Shown here piece by piece: positions 13,583-26,014 of a DNA stretch of 64,000 nt. The first letter of the stretch is position 1; each line of letters opens with the position of its first letter. Both the position numbers and the translations under genes were made by a program. The DNA is from Felis catus (lineage: Eukaryota), in assembly GCF_018350175.1 (NCBI RefSeq), contig NC_058384.1:32302001-32366000 (forward strand), given 5' to 3'. Below the pieces are notes generated by a model. That model did no database searches and was not told where the DNA came from. It was given only the letters and a program-made list of their open reading frames with translations.

Positions 13583-13800
13583 GGGGCATCTGGGTGGCTC
13601 AGCTGGCTAAGCGTCCAACTTCAGCTCAGGTCACAATCTCACAGTTCGTGGGTTCAAGCCCCACACTGGGTTCTGTGCTGATGGCTCGGTGCCTGGAGTG
13701 TGCTTTAGATTCTGTCTCCCTCTCTCTCTCCACCCCTCCCCCACTCACACTCTGCCTCTCTCTCTCTCTCTCTCAAAAATAAATAAACCCAAGAAAAATT
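13583..13800 (+). mobile_element. CanSINE
   Basis: Head, (CT)n, AATAAA; tttttgtcatg on both sides. Confidence 0.93.
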
Positions 13801-14329
13801 TTTTAAATGTTTTTGTCATGAGAACATTTGTTTTTCCAGATTGTGATACAATATTTGGGGTAAGATGACAGAAATAAAATTCCAGGCTGCTAAAAGTAGT
13901 GAGTCTAATAGCAAATCACAAAAGCATATTAGATTAGGGCCTAAAAAGGAATCAAATCACCTATTGGTTAATGGTGAACCAGAAGTAAACATAGCCTCTT
14001 TCTTCAAGACAGAAGAAGAAGTGAATCTCTCCCTAAAAAAGTATAACCATGAACCAGTCCTATCTGGTATCCATCAAATAAATATAAGCACAAATTTTGT
14101 CTGGAGGAAGGTACCTTTGTAGTGGACCACAGGAAAAACCCACATATAATCACATAAGACGATGATCAGCACACAAAGATAACCAAGCATACAAGGAAAG
14201 AGGTGACATCAGTAAGACCCAGCACAAAAAGAAGACAGTAGATATAAATACAGATTTAATATAATGAAAGTATCAAACATTGATTATAAAGCAATTATAC
14301 TCACTACGTTTAAGAAACAAAAGACAAGA

Positions 14330-14558
14330 GGGGCGCCTGGGTGGCGCAGTCGGTTAAGCGTCCGACTTCAGCCAGGTCACGATCTCGCGGTCCGGGAGTT
14401 CGAGGCCCGCGTCGGGCTCTGGGCTGATGGCTCAGAGCCTGGAGCCTGTTTCCGATTCTGTGTCTCCCTCTCTCTCTGCCCCTCCCCCGTTCATGCTCTG
14501 TCTCTCTCTGTCCCAAAAATAAATAAACGTTGAAAAAAAAAATTAAAAAAAAAAAAAA
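14330..14558 (+). mobile_element. Young felid CanSINE (SINEC_Fc type)
   Basis: Near-consensus, CpG-intact, long poly(A); TSD AAGAAACAAAAGACAAG. Confidence 0.97.
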
Positions 14559-14574
14559 AAGAAACAAAAGACAA

Positions 14575-14770
14575 GGGATGCCTGGGTGGCTCAGTTGGTT
14601 AAGTGTCCAACTTCGGCGCAGGTCATGATCTCCCAGTTCGTGAGTTTGAGGACCGCATTGGGCTCCACACTGACAGCACAGAGACTGCTTTAGATTCTCT
14701 GTCTCCCTCTCTCTCTACCCCTCCCTCTCTCTCTCTTTCTCTCTCAAAAATAAATAAACATTAAAAAAAG
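14575..14770 (+). mobile_element. Older CanSINE directly in tandem
   Basis: gggatgcctgggtggctcag head; bounded by further copies of aagaaacaaaagacaa. Confidence 0.93.
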
Positions 14771-17257
14771 AAGAAACAAAAGACAAATCTGAAAATATCT
14801 GCAGAGAACAAGAAACTACAATACATAACCCTTCCAGATGAATTTGGCCTTGGAAAAAGTATTAATTGAGGTAGTCTACTGAACAAGCTGCTCATCTCCA
14901 CAAAGACCACCTCTTTGTCCTGGCATTTTCCTCAGCACTTGCATATTCCCTCAAACTGCAGAGGCAAAGGAAAGAAAACAGAGAAGTCTGTAGAGGCCAT
15001 TTTTTCTTCAAAATTCAGAAACTAATCTATGTTATCTACAAAAGCAGCAGATAAACCTCAAGTATTTTTGTCTATCTCAGGCACCAAAACCATTAAACTA
15101 TAAATATTATGAAGAGTTAGATAATTCCCTAAAATCTTCCCTGGGAGAATTCTGAAGATCTCTTCTGTCTTTCCTATCCTTTGACACTCAGCATCCCTTG
15201 TCATCTCTCACATAGCTTCCTGACTGGCCTCTCTGTTCCAAGCACTGCTCCTCTACAAACAGCCTCCACAATTACCTCTATGTAGATCTTTCAAAAATAA
15301 GAATCATGGTACTATCTTGCAAAAATCTTTCTGTGACCCACCCCTCCCCAGCCTATTAAGGATGAAGTCCATACTCTGTACCTAAAAAAGCAAGTACCTA
15401 AAAAAAGTTCCTACCTTTTTGGTGTTCTCTGGTGCAACCAGCCTATTCATCAACATCACACCTTGCATCTTTCCTGCCATGATCCTGAGATGCTTAGACT
15501 TTGTTCAGTGTGCAATTTTATGCCTTCATGGCTTTGTGCATGCTGTATCTATCCCTCAAGTCTGGTACTTCTCATCGTTGAAGCTCACCTCTGATGTCCA
15601 ACCTCCTCCATGATGACTTTATCACTCAGAATATAAAGTTAAGCATTCACCTCTTTGTTCCCAAAGCACTTATCAAAACTGGTATGTCCCAAAGCACTGT
15701 TGCACATTCTTCCACAACTGATTACCACTGTATCCTAAGCACTCGGCATAATGACCGGCAGGAATATAGGGAAGCCCTCTCCTTCAAGCATTTTTCTATG
15801 TAAAATAGATCTTAAGCCTCATTCAGACTCACTTAACCACTGTGCCTCTTTTTCCTGAATCAGATAGTCTGAGATGTTTCCCAATATCTTATTTCCTTAC
15901 TCTATACTTTTGCTTCTTTTAGTAAAATCTTCGCTGATGAAATGCAAAAGGTATGATCCAAGTCTCTAGTGATCTTGTTGGGGCAGCCACCAAGTGAGGA
16001 AAGTAATCAAGACTCAAGCTTCAAATGTGATAAAAGTAAGTGATAGGTAACCATAGACATGAATAGAATGTTAAGACCGGACCAAAAGCAATTCTTTTAT
16101 GTTAAAAGTTACCTGGTGTCTTCTAGCTTAGTAAAAACACAATGACATTCCTAGGAAAGGTGTGTTTCCCCAAACAGGCCTATATGACCATCCACTGGCT
16201 ATTTGCCATTTGAAAGTCAGCACACAACAGTGCCCGTTATGTCGTCTGACATTTTTTGATTGTGTGTGATTGACAACCTTAAGAATATAAATGATCCGCT
16301 CTTATACATTGTAACAAATGTGCTCAAAAACCTGCTCACCTAGGGGACTCAGCTTGGAACAAAGGTTATGAAAGTGGTCCCATCTACCCAATGTGTAAAG
16401 AATAACTGAGGAAAGGGAAATCAAGCGAAAGCCCATGTTCCTGAGTCATAAACTGGGTGGCCTGGCCTCTCCCAAGCAAGCCAGATACACCTAATGCTCT
16501 CTGGTGTTCTAACAGTGTTATAACCGCTGCCTCAGCCCTCAGTTGTCTGTTTTCTTCTCCCTCTAAAAGCCACAGGTTTTAGGTAACTCCCTTTGCTACC
16601 TACTCCTAATCCCATGAAGATGTCTACCAGCATAGCAAGACAATCACCTTTAAGACAAAATTTTAGATTTCCCTTTTGCTTTACTGATAGGTGAGTCAGT
16701 TTTTTCCCCCCAAGGTCACATGAAAGCACCACTAGAAAAAATAAAGAAAAGTCCTGAGACATGCTGCCTAGAGATCTAAATAGGGCTCAAATTAGCAGCT
16801 GCCTCCTTCTCTAGGCAAGAGCTGGCAGCAGCTGGAGTGTGACAATACTCAGAGGAGAACAGAGGGGAGCAAAGGGGCACTGCACTGAGGGACAAAGGAT
16901 TCAAGCCTCAGGTCGGCTGGATGCTGGGCCACTTCCAAGTGGGGCGGTCCATCCTGCCTGACCTCCCAGGAAGCCTCAGTGTGCCCCTTGACACGGGGTG
17001 ACATATACTTCCAGACCAGCTATTTCCATCTGCTGCTTCCGGTATAATCAGCGTCATGGGTTAGAGAAGGACACATGAGAAGATAAATATTAAGCACAGA
17101 CTTAACTTGAACCTAACTTGAAGAGGGTGTTTCTGACCTTCTAGTTCTGGACTTATGTGTTGAACTGCTCTGTTTCTTTGGGGGTGGGGTGGGGGAAGAA
17201 GTCACTGCCAACCCATCTGAATACCTTATCCCACCACCTTCCTGCACCACACATCCT

Positions 17258-17580
17258 ATGTGAGTTTCCTAAGGTTGCCGTAACAAAGCACCAAAAACAG
17301 AACGGCTTAAACAACAGAGATGTACTGTCCTAGTTCTGGAGGCTAGAAGTCTGAAGGCAAGTTGTTGGCAGGGTCATGCTCCCTCTGAGGCCCCCAGGGG
17401 AGGTTGCTTCCTTGCCTCTTGCTACTTCTGGTGGTTCCAGGCTTCCATGGCATGTGGTGGCACAGCAGGAGCCCGTCTTTACGTGGCCATCTTTTCCCTG
17501 TGGCCTCACCTCACCTTCCCCGTGTGTGACTGTCTCTGTACCCACATGTCCCCAGTTTATAAGGACACCAGTCACACGGT
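17258..17580 (-). mobile_element. MaLR LTR fragment (MLT1B/C-like)
   Basis: tgagtttcctaaggttgccgtaacaaag...ggcttaaacaacaga...ttctggaggctagaagtctgaag...tataaggacaccagtca. Confidence 0.8.
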
Positions 17581-18186
17581 ACTCCCTTTGTCATGTCCTC
17601 TCTTAGCAGGTCCCCTTGTAAAGAATACTCCTCAGCGGCAGGTAATGTGAACAGGGTGGCGGCTGGTGGACTGTAAGAATTTCAAGTCCGTACAGAGAAA
17701 AGTGGTCCAGATGAGGCTCGAATGCCTGTTGACACAAAGCTCTGACCCTTTAACTATACTAAACAGGTGCTCACAAAACAGGATTCATTTTTTTTTTCTG
17801 TCCTTATTTCAAGACAACGAACAAGTTTTCCTCAGTGGTTTTCATTCTCATTCACTGAATATCCATCGGAATACCTGACTGCCTTAATTACACTCAAGAG
17901 AGGCGACCACAGTGATGGACAGAACTCCTGAGGCAAGGAAAGCCCCCTGGATTCCACTTTCTGATCCCTACTGCAAATAAACAAACAAAAAACACAACCA
18001 GCCCACGCTGCTGCCTCATGCTGCATTTTCAGCACTACGTGAGGTAGCACAGGTGTTTGGCTCTTAATGACAGTCGTGCTGAGGTCACTTTATTTCTCTG
18101 GTAATTCAGATAGCATGCCCAAATAAAATGATCTTCTCCTTCCCCTTCTCTCCTGGTCCGAGTAAGGGTGATTAGTATGAGAAACG

Positions 18187-18310
18187 GGCCAATGAGCAAG
18201 CTAACTCAGTGCCTGAGTAAGGCTGCCAGAGGGAAAACCAACACCCGAGGGCTGACGCGTCAGGTGAGCAAGAGTCCTTCACCAAAGGGGCAGACTCGGT
18301 ATAAAAACAC
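18187..18310 (+). promoter_or_regulatory. Candidate promoter/enhancer motif cluster (CCAAT, CRE-like palindrome, GC-box variant, TATA)
   Basis: CCAAT 18189-18193; CTGACGCGTCAG 18252-18263; GGGGCAGAC 18287-18295; TATAAAAA 18300-18307. Motif evidence only. Confidence 0.35.
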
Positions 18311-19035
18311 TTCGCTGCAGGGGTGAAGACCAGCTGGTGGCCAACCCAGTGATGGCCACGGGCTGGCCTATCAGCCCAAGAACCTGGAAGTGTGCCCCCT
18401 ATCTCCTCCCTCCAACCCCCCTGTGATAAGTACCAGGAACAGAGCCATGAGCCAGGCACCGTAGACTGTGTCTCCCACAGTGGGACCCAGAGATGCTCTG
18501 TGGTGAAAACAGCGGTTGCCTATCTTGATGCAGACCTTGCAGAGGGAAGAAGTGAGAGGGCAACACAACATAAAGGATGGGGGATCTGCACTCAAAAGTG
18601 AGTGACACGCACCTGGTGTCTCTGTTTACTAGCTGTGTAACGACGAACAGGTTTCTGACCTCTCTGAGTCTCAGAGTTGTAACGTGACAACGTCTGTCTG
18701 AACTATCTCGCAGGATTGCCAAAAAGATCAACTGAGCTGGTGAGGTGAAAACTACTTAACAATGAATAGTTAGAATACCAACAGTAGATGCTAAAAGGCA
18801 GTAAATCACATTTAGTTAGAGCACCCAGAAACGTCTGAATGCCAGGCAGCCTAGACATCTATGCAAAGCAAAGGAATATTTGCTTGGTAGCTGGGCTTTG
18901 GCCTCACACCCTGAGCAGAACTCCACATGGCCAGGCTGGCCCACAGAGAAGCTCCTTTAAGTTAGACCATCCTCAGTGTCCCAGTGTACCAGAAAGTCAC
19001 AGTATGGATAACACACCTGCATGCATGTATATACA

Positions 19036-19036
<1 letters not shown>

Positions 19037-19078
<42 letters not shown>
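19037..19078. repeat. (CA)n microsatellite
   Basis: Uninterrupted CA run. Confidence 0.95.
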
Positions 19079-19081
<3 letters not shown>

Positions 19082-19344
19082 TCTGTTTCACTGCAGAGTA
19101 GAGCTGGCCTAGGCCTCTCCTGCCCTTCACCAGCCACAACAACTTCTGGATGGGAGTTATTACATGGGGGGCAGAGAAAGCCTCTTCAGGGGAAAGAGGG
19201 AGAAATGGCCACAAGAGAAGTGGCCAAGGGGAGAGATGGCAAAATGGGACCAGTGTGATTCCTGTTACCTGTCCAGCCTCACTGGATCATCTCAACAGTC
19301 ACGCTGTTGGGCCAGCTCTCTGCTCCCTCTGAAAATGCAACTGA

Positions 19345-19860
19345 GATAGGCTGCAAAAAACGCTCACACTCCTTGACATGCCTGTATCAACATCTCTGCA
19401 AAATGAGCATACCACTCCTCCTATCAGGGGCTGGGGTCTATGTCCCCTCCCCGTGAATTTGGGCTAGCATTATGACATGCTTTGGCCAAAAGACTGCAGC
19501 AGAAAGGAAAGCGTGCCAGTTCTGAGCCTAAGCCTGAAAGTCCTTACATACTTTCTGCTCTCCCTCTTGGACCGTGATGACTGCCATGTGAATAAGCCTG
19601 GGCCAGTCTGCTGGAGGATAAGGAGCCAACGTGAAGCAGACCTGACTTAGTCAATTCATCCAAGCCAGGGCCCCAGAAATGTGAAAACCCAGGGAAGATC
19701 AGCAAATCCAACCCATGGCTGACCCACAGATGTATGCCTGAGACTGTCCTAGACCAGCCAGTCCCCAGCTGACACTGACTCATGGGCTAAATAAATATTT
19801 CTTCTTTTAAACCATTAACTTTGGCGGTGGTTTGTTATGCAGCAGTGGCTAAATGACACA
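19345..19860 (+). mobile_element. MaLR solo LTR (MLT1F/G/H-like)
   Basis: tgctttggccaa...gtgccagttctgagcctaagcc...ggtggtttgttatgcagca...gacaca end. Confidence 0.75.
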
Positions 19861-20269
19861 TGCTAACCTGGACAACTATTCTCCAGTCCAGTCTAACACT
19901 CCTTTCCTCTGGGCTAGAATAAGGACTATGGAGTAGGACACGAAGGACAGTGACCTTCTTTTCCCTACAGGGCACTAGTCTTCAAAATGGGTTATACATA
20001 CCACTAGGGCTCAAGCAGGACTTTCCAAAGTATAAGTTTAGAATAACTGATTTCCAGATCCTCAATTCCACATATACATTTATATATCCATTCTTATATA
20101 TCTTATATATCCGTATATACATACCTCCATTCTTCTCTAAAATTTAACCTAAGGTTAAGGTTCTCCTTTCCCCTACCCTTTATCTACCTTACAAAGGAAA
20201 GGTAAGCTTTTCCCCCATTGTTCTGTTACCTCAGGATATTATTCCAGGGTGTAAAACCCTCAAGGGAAT

Positions 20270-21045
20270 TGGTAAAACATTCTGTGAAACCATCCGGCAG
20301 TATCTGCAAAAGCTGGATATGTGCATAGCGTGTGAGGCAGCAGTCCTATTCTCAGGTATACACCCAACAAAAATGTGTACACAGCTTCACCACAGGTCAT
20401 ATATCTGACTCGTGGTGGGAGCTAATAGCTGCTACGTTTGTCAACAACAGAACGGGTAAATGAATTATAACATGTTCAGAAAATGGAATACTTACTAGTA
20501 CTAAGCACAAAAAATCCATAACCACACTCAAAAATATGGATGATTCTCTTGGGGCGCCTGGGTGGCGCAGTCGGTTAAGCGTCCGACTTCAGCCAGGTCA
20601 CGATCTCGCGGTCCGTGAGTTCGAGCCCCGCGTCAAGCTCTGGGCTGATGGCTCGGAGCCTGGAGCCTGTTTCCGATTCTGTGTCTCCCTCTCTCTCTGC
20701 CCCTCCCCCGTTCATGCTCTGTCTCTCTCTGTCCCAAAAATAAATAAACGTTGAAAAAAAAATTAAAAAAAAATATGGATGATTCTCTTAATGTGATATT
20801 GAGCAAAAGAAGCTAGACACAAAAGAATGGATAGAATGCATTTCTGTTTATATACACACAAACAAGCTTCCTGACAAAAAGCTATGCATTTAGAAGCCAA
20901 AATAGTGGTTACCCAAGTAATTGGCGGAGTCATAAGAAGGGAGTTTTAGGCACAAGTTATACGTGTGTGTTCACTTAGAGAAAATTCTTATGATATATAC
21001 ACACTTCTGGGTTATGGTATATTTTAACAAAAAAAAAACTTTAAA
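20270..21045 (+). mobile_element. Ancient L1 (L1ME-like) 3' fragment split by a SINE
   Basis: ggtatacacccaacaaaaatgtgtac, aatggaatact, ttgagcaaaagaagctagacacaaaaga, A-rich end. Confidence 0.7.
20551..20768 (+). mobile_element. Young felid CanSINE (SINEC_Fc type)
   Basis: Near-consensus; TSD AAAAATATGGATGATTCTCTT at 20530-20550 and 20769-20789. Confidence 0.97.
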
Positions 21046-21431
21046 ATAGTCAGAGGGACAAAATAAAGGGATAATTACATAATTCCTTTACTCAAACAAC
21101 CAGAAATTCCTACAGTATCCATCTCAAGAGAAATGCAATTCTAATAAAATTTTACTTTTTATGTTTAATAATTACTTATCATTGGTATTATCTTTGTGCT
21201 CCTTTGAATTATGCACTAATAATTATAATGATAACTCAACCTAGGAGAAAATGTTTACATTTCTAGACTTATGGCAATCAAAAAGTAAACAAACAACACA
21301 ACAATGCTACAAAGAAGTAGGGCAGCTGAAAAAGGAAATAACTTTTAAACAAGCAAAAATTCTGCGGGAGAAATGAAATACAAATAGATCAAGGAAATAA
21401 CATTGTGAAAAAGATCTTGCTCATATATAAT

Positions 21432-21492
21432 TTTTAAATGTTTATTTATTTAGAAAGGTAGAGCATGAGAGCAGGGAGGGGCAGAGAGAGAG

Positions 21493-21527
<35 letters not shown>

Positions 21528-21616
21528 CCCATGAGCCCGATGTGGGGCTCAAACTCATGAACCGATCTTGAAATCAAGAGTCAGACACTTAACTGACTGA
21601 TCCACCCAGGTGCCCC
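21432..21616 (-). mobile_element. CanSINE (internally deleted)
   Basis: tttatttattt, (GA)n, ...tccacccaggtgcccc. Confidence 0.9.
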
Positions 21617-22027
21617 TGTCCATAAATATTTTTTAAAAGATGATGGTGGATAGCAAATCACTAAATTTTTTATAATCCATACTATTTAAAGGTATCAGGT
21701 TTATTTTTAAATGTCAATATTCATATTATAGCAAAAATGAGATCTCTTATACTTTTATTTAAATTTATAATAGAAGAGTGCAGATGCCTACATTATAAAG
21801 TGTAATAGTGTACACGATTTTTCAATAAAGTTTCTTTATTAGGGGGAACAAAAGCCAAAAAGAGTTATAAGAAAAAAACAGTTCGGTATAAAAGAATCTC
21901 CCCAAATATCCTTCCCTTAAGATTCTGTCAGGGCTGTATGTTCTACCTACATTATTTAGGTTAATGTACATTAGTCAGGATGTTTTTGGTTAAAAGTGAC
22001 AGAAACAGAAAACCAACCAAACTGGAC

Positions 22028-22518
22028 TGTCAGTCAGTGAAAGGTCTGATATTTTACCCCCGCTTGAAAACAACAAATCAGCCTGTCAAAATTTCAGGGA
22101 TGCTAGCAGAAGACATGAGACTCTTGGGTCAGAGACAAAGGACTCGGCTTTATTACTCACAGCAATAACAGTAGCCAGAGCATTTGTGCCATTTCCCTGA
22201 GCCCCACATCCCACAATGCAGTGCAAAGAGGGCCAGGGGATGCCTGCACAGGCAGTGAGTTACATCATAGGAGATAAACCCAGGCTTAGGAAATGCAAAC
22301 ATTTTACAATGGGCAGTAAGCCTGCCTGACCTTTGCCCCAGAGAAGGATATTATCTTTATTATACTGAATGGTAAACAAATACCCTCTACTTTGGAGAAA
22401 GATACTGTCTCCATCTTCCAAAGATGTTTGCTATACAAACATTCTTGGAAATATGGTCTGAAAGAGAGTCAAAAGATCTACAGAAACACAAGAGAGTCCT
22501 GGAGAACTGTCTCACAGC
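22028..22518 (-). mobile_element. ERVL solo LTR (LTR40-like) inserted in an older MLT1 LTR (~21965-22980)
   Basis: Reverse complement follows the recalled LTR40a consensus (gagacagttctcca...aataaagataat...ggcaaaggtcaggcaggcttactgcccatt...ctgtgagtaataaag...tcagacctttcac...tgaca). Flanks are MLT1J/K-like. Confidence 0.75.
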
Positions 22519-23214
22519 AGGAGTTGAGAAAAAACAAACAAACAAACAAACAAACAAACAAAAAACAACAACAAAAAAACGAACAGCAAGGAACTCCTGT
22601 AACTGAAAAGTAACAGACACGTTGGCTTCAAGGACGCCTGGATCTAGGGGCTTAAAAATCTGTGGCAGTGAGTTGTCTCCAAAACACAGCATCCAACATG
22701 TAGCTCTGCTTTCCTCAGAGCTGGCTTTCCTTGCTACCTGGCTCTCACTGGTGGTGGCAAGAGGGCTGCCAACAGCTCCAGCCCGATGTTCTGACACCTC
22801 CGCAATAGCGAAGGAAAGAATGTTTTTCCTTCCTGACAGTTCCAACAGAAACTGGCCAGTCCCGGCACATGTTGAACCCTGAATCTTAGGTGCAAGATGT
22901 GCCCTACCAGAATGGCACAGAATGAGAGTGCGGTGGGAGAGGTTTGCTCCCAGAGAATGGGGGACTGAGCTGAGCCGGCAAAGCTACAGCTTTCTCCTAT
23001 ACTACTCCCTAAGTACCCTGAAGATAGCAAACCTCACAAGTACACTTTTGTGAAATTCAAATACCACTTCTTTTTACAGGCTGATTCTCATTTTAATGAA
23101 GCTAGCAGCATATCCAATTTGCTATTTTATAATCAAAGCTCTTTAGGAAGAGGCTATCTCATCAGTGCCACAGGAAGAATGTTCTGTTCGATAGTGATTG
23201 TGACCGTATTGTGC

Positions 23215-23702
23215 TATTCCAGGCTAAATAATGGCTCCTCCAGAGATGACCACACCCTAACCTCTGAAACCCACGAATATTACTCCACCTGGCAAAAGAG
23301 ACTTTGCAGATGTGACCAAGTTAAGGATCTTGATATGGGAAGATTACCCTGGACTACCCAGGTGGGCCTGTTGTAACCATGGGTTCTTTGTAGGAGAGAC
23401 ACAAGGAATCAGACAGAAGGCACAGTAATGACAGAAGTAGAGGGACAGAGGGAGGGATTTAAAAAGGAGGAACGTCAGCCAGAAGCCACGGGGTGTAGGT
23501 GGCTTCCGGAAGCTGGAAAAGGCAAGGAAACAGATTCTACCCTAGAGTCTCCAGAAGAAACGAGTCTCGCCAACACTTTGACCTTGGTCCAGCCATACTG
23601 ATTTCAGCTTTCTGGCCTCCAGAACAGTAAGAGATAAATTTGTATTGCTTTAAGCCATCAAATTTATAATCATTTGTTACAGCAACTACAGGAAACAAAT
23701 GC
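23215..23702 (+). mobile_element. MaLR solo LTR (MLT1D-like)
   Basis: aataatggc...ggcaaaagagactttgcagatgtga...aaggcaaggaaacagattct...tttgttacagcaac...ggaaac. Confidence 0.85.
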
Positions 23703-24310
23703 CAGTGGTGGCATAAAGCAGGTGGTCAGTGCCCAGTGCAATAGTAAACAGAAACACACCCAACAAAGGGTCCTGCCTCATGAAAGAATTTGTTCCAAAG
23801 CTGAGACACCTGGTGATGATGGCTTTGCAGAATTTCCTTCTGGTACAAAATGTTACTGAATTCCATATTACATATTCTTAAGTTTTAACGCTTTTTAATA
23901 ATGCTCAGTAGTGACTGGAAAAGACAGTATGGTAAAAAGGGTCCCTTGGCTACCGATGCATAAGATAAAAACTAGCAGAGTTACCATTTTGGACTTGATC
24001 CTTGCATAAGGCACCAGTTCCAGAAGAAGTGGGTTAAGGCCAGCGCCCTCCCCTTTCATCCTTATCTGGCATGTGCTGGCACAGCTGGTGTTGAACTATT
24101 CCTGCACCCGTAGCGGAAGGTATAATAGTAACTGTGATAAGCAGTCAAATAAATTAATAACATAAATTCCAGGATGCGTGGTTCATTTCAGAAAGCAAAC
24201 ATGTCCTGCAACCCCAAGAGATTTCTTGGTTTGGGCCTTACAGTACAGGCTTACGAATCCCGCTACAGATATCCTTTTATATATTGAATATATTATCACA
24301 TGGTGAGCAG

Positions 24311-24312
<2 letters not shown>

Positions 24313-24361
<49 letters not shown>
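24313..24361. repeat. (TA)n microsatellite
   Basis: Perfect TA run. Confidence 0.95.
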
Positions 24362-24366
<5 letters not shown>

Positions 24367-24515
24367 AGAATAAATGAGACTTAGATTTTTTAAATTATTT
24401 TGGTTTGACTTTAATTTCTATTTACATATTTGTAATATGCTTTTTTCCTCTTGTCCCCCATTTTATTGAGATATGATTGACATATAATATTGTATTAATT
24501 TAAAGTGTATAAGAT

Positions 24516-24723
24516 GGGGCGTCTGGGTGGCTCAGTCGGTAAGAGTCCAACTTCAGCCCAGGTCATGATCTCAGGGTTCATGAGTTTGAGCCCCGCATTG
24601 GGCTCTGCACTGCTAGCTCAGAGCCTGGAGACTGCTTCCGATTCTGTGTCTCCCTCTCTCTCTGCTCCTCCCCCATTCACACTCTGTCTCTCTCTCAAAA
24701 ATAAATAAACATTAAAAAAAATT
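24516..24723 (+). mobile_element. CanSINE inside a very short minus-strand L1 3' tip (~24441-24748)
   Basis: SINE TSD tgtataagat; flanking ttttattgagatatgattgacatataatattgtatt is L1 3'-end text bounded by tgtaatat repeats. Confidence 0.9.
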
Positions 24724-25944
24724 AAAATGTATAAGATAGTGATTTGATTGTAATATACCTCTGCATATCACCCGCACATATATGATTGGGGGCATGTAGA
24801 TTAGGGCCAGCAAGAAGTAGAGATTTCAAATATTATATGCTAATAAAACAGTAAAAATCAAAATTATTTTTATTTGTGCCTAAGTTCTACTAGTCTTTAC
24901 CTGATATTCTATGTAAAGACTGCTTTAAAATGTTCCCATAGTCCATAAAACTCTTTGCAAATGAATTCACAGAAACTCCTGGTTAACAGGAAAAAGTTTC
25001 CCACAATCTTACAGAAAGTAGTATTTAAATGTACTATGATTCAAATTCCTTTCTAGATATTTTAGAAATCCTCTCAGCTTTAACATAACCCCAGGCGCAC
25101 TGCTGGATAAGAACTCCCACTCACTGTTTCTCATGTCCTATACCTAGTGACTTGGCCTGAAGTGCTTTTTAAAAAACCCATGTCCAAGCCATCTGGGAGA
25201 CCATGTGGCATAGAGTAAAGATGAAACCAAGACATCTCTAAGTCTTGAAATTCAGATTCCAAGAATAGCCATAAATGGACCAATGTGTAACCATGGATGA
25301 ACCTTATAACCTATATCTACAAACAACTTTACCGTGAGTACGATGGGTGGGAAGCCCCTGCTCCTCTAACTGTTCTACAGCTCGCACAGGATCCAGTGAG
25401 GCAGAAGCAGGATCGATCGGAGCAACAGAAACTCCCTTTGAAGGTGACGGCTAGCGAAGATGGCGAGACAAAGTAATCACAAAGAAAGGCCCCTGAGACA
25501 CTGACTTCTGCCCCCTGTCTTCTCTCATCAAAAACGAAATTTCAGTCCCAGGAACTTAACAAGATGTGAGGGCAATGAGTTTCTATCTAACCACAGCCTT
25601 CCAGAATTTCCAGTGTGATACCCCAGTTCAGCTTTAAATAAAATGCCTGTCCAGAGCCATTTGAGTCAGGAGACAAATAAGTTGCCTGGACAAGCTAGTA
25701 ATCAGGGAGGAAATCTACTTTCTCCTTTCTCAGCTAGAAATAGTAAGCAAATATGGGGAGTGTAAAGGTTCTGACCTGCATAAAAAACAAAACAAAACAG
25801 AACAAAAAACTACTAGTTCCTCTCTCATTGCAATCTGGAAAAGAACCACATTCTCCTTGCCTTGGCACAGGGCCACTCCAGGAACTAAGTGTTGAGATGG
25901 AGTTTGCCAAATTAGATCAGGCAACAAAAGGAGGGAAACAGGTG

Positions 25945-25946
25945 TA

Positions 25947-25978
<32 letters not shown>

Positions 25979-26014
25979 TTGATTGTGTTTGAGCGTGCGC
26001 GTGTGTGTGTGTGT
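25945..26014. repeat. Interrupted (GT)n microsatellite
   Basis: Two GT runs with gc interruptions. Confidence 0.9.

Noticed and set aside
14264-14567. Recurrent peptides such as GAPGWRSRLSVRLQPGHDLAVREFEP (also at 6248, 20536, 50601)
   Set aside because: These are translations of CanSINE copies, not a gene family.
15378-15407. Short tandem duplication gtacctaaaaaa
   Set aside because: Ordinary slippage duplication with no further structure.
18152-18175. ctggtccgagt resembling a Y RNA 5' end
   Set aside because: Only ~11 nt match; no Y RNA body, complementary 3' stem or terminator.
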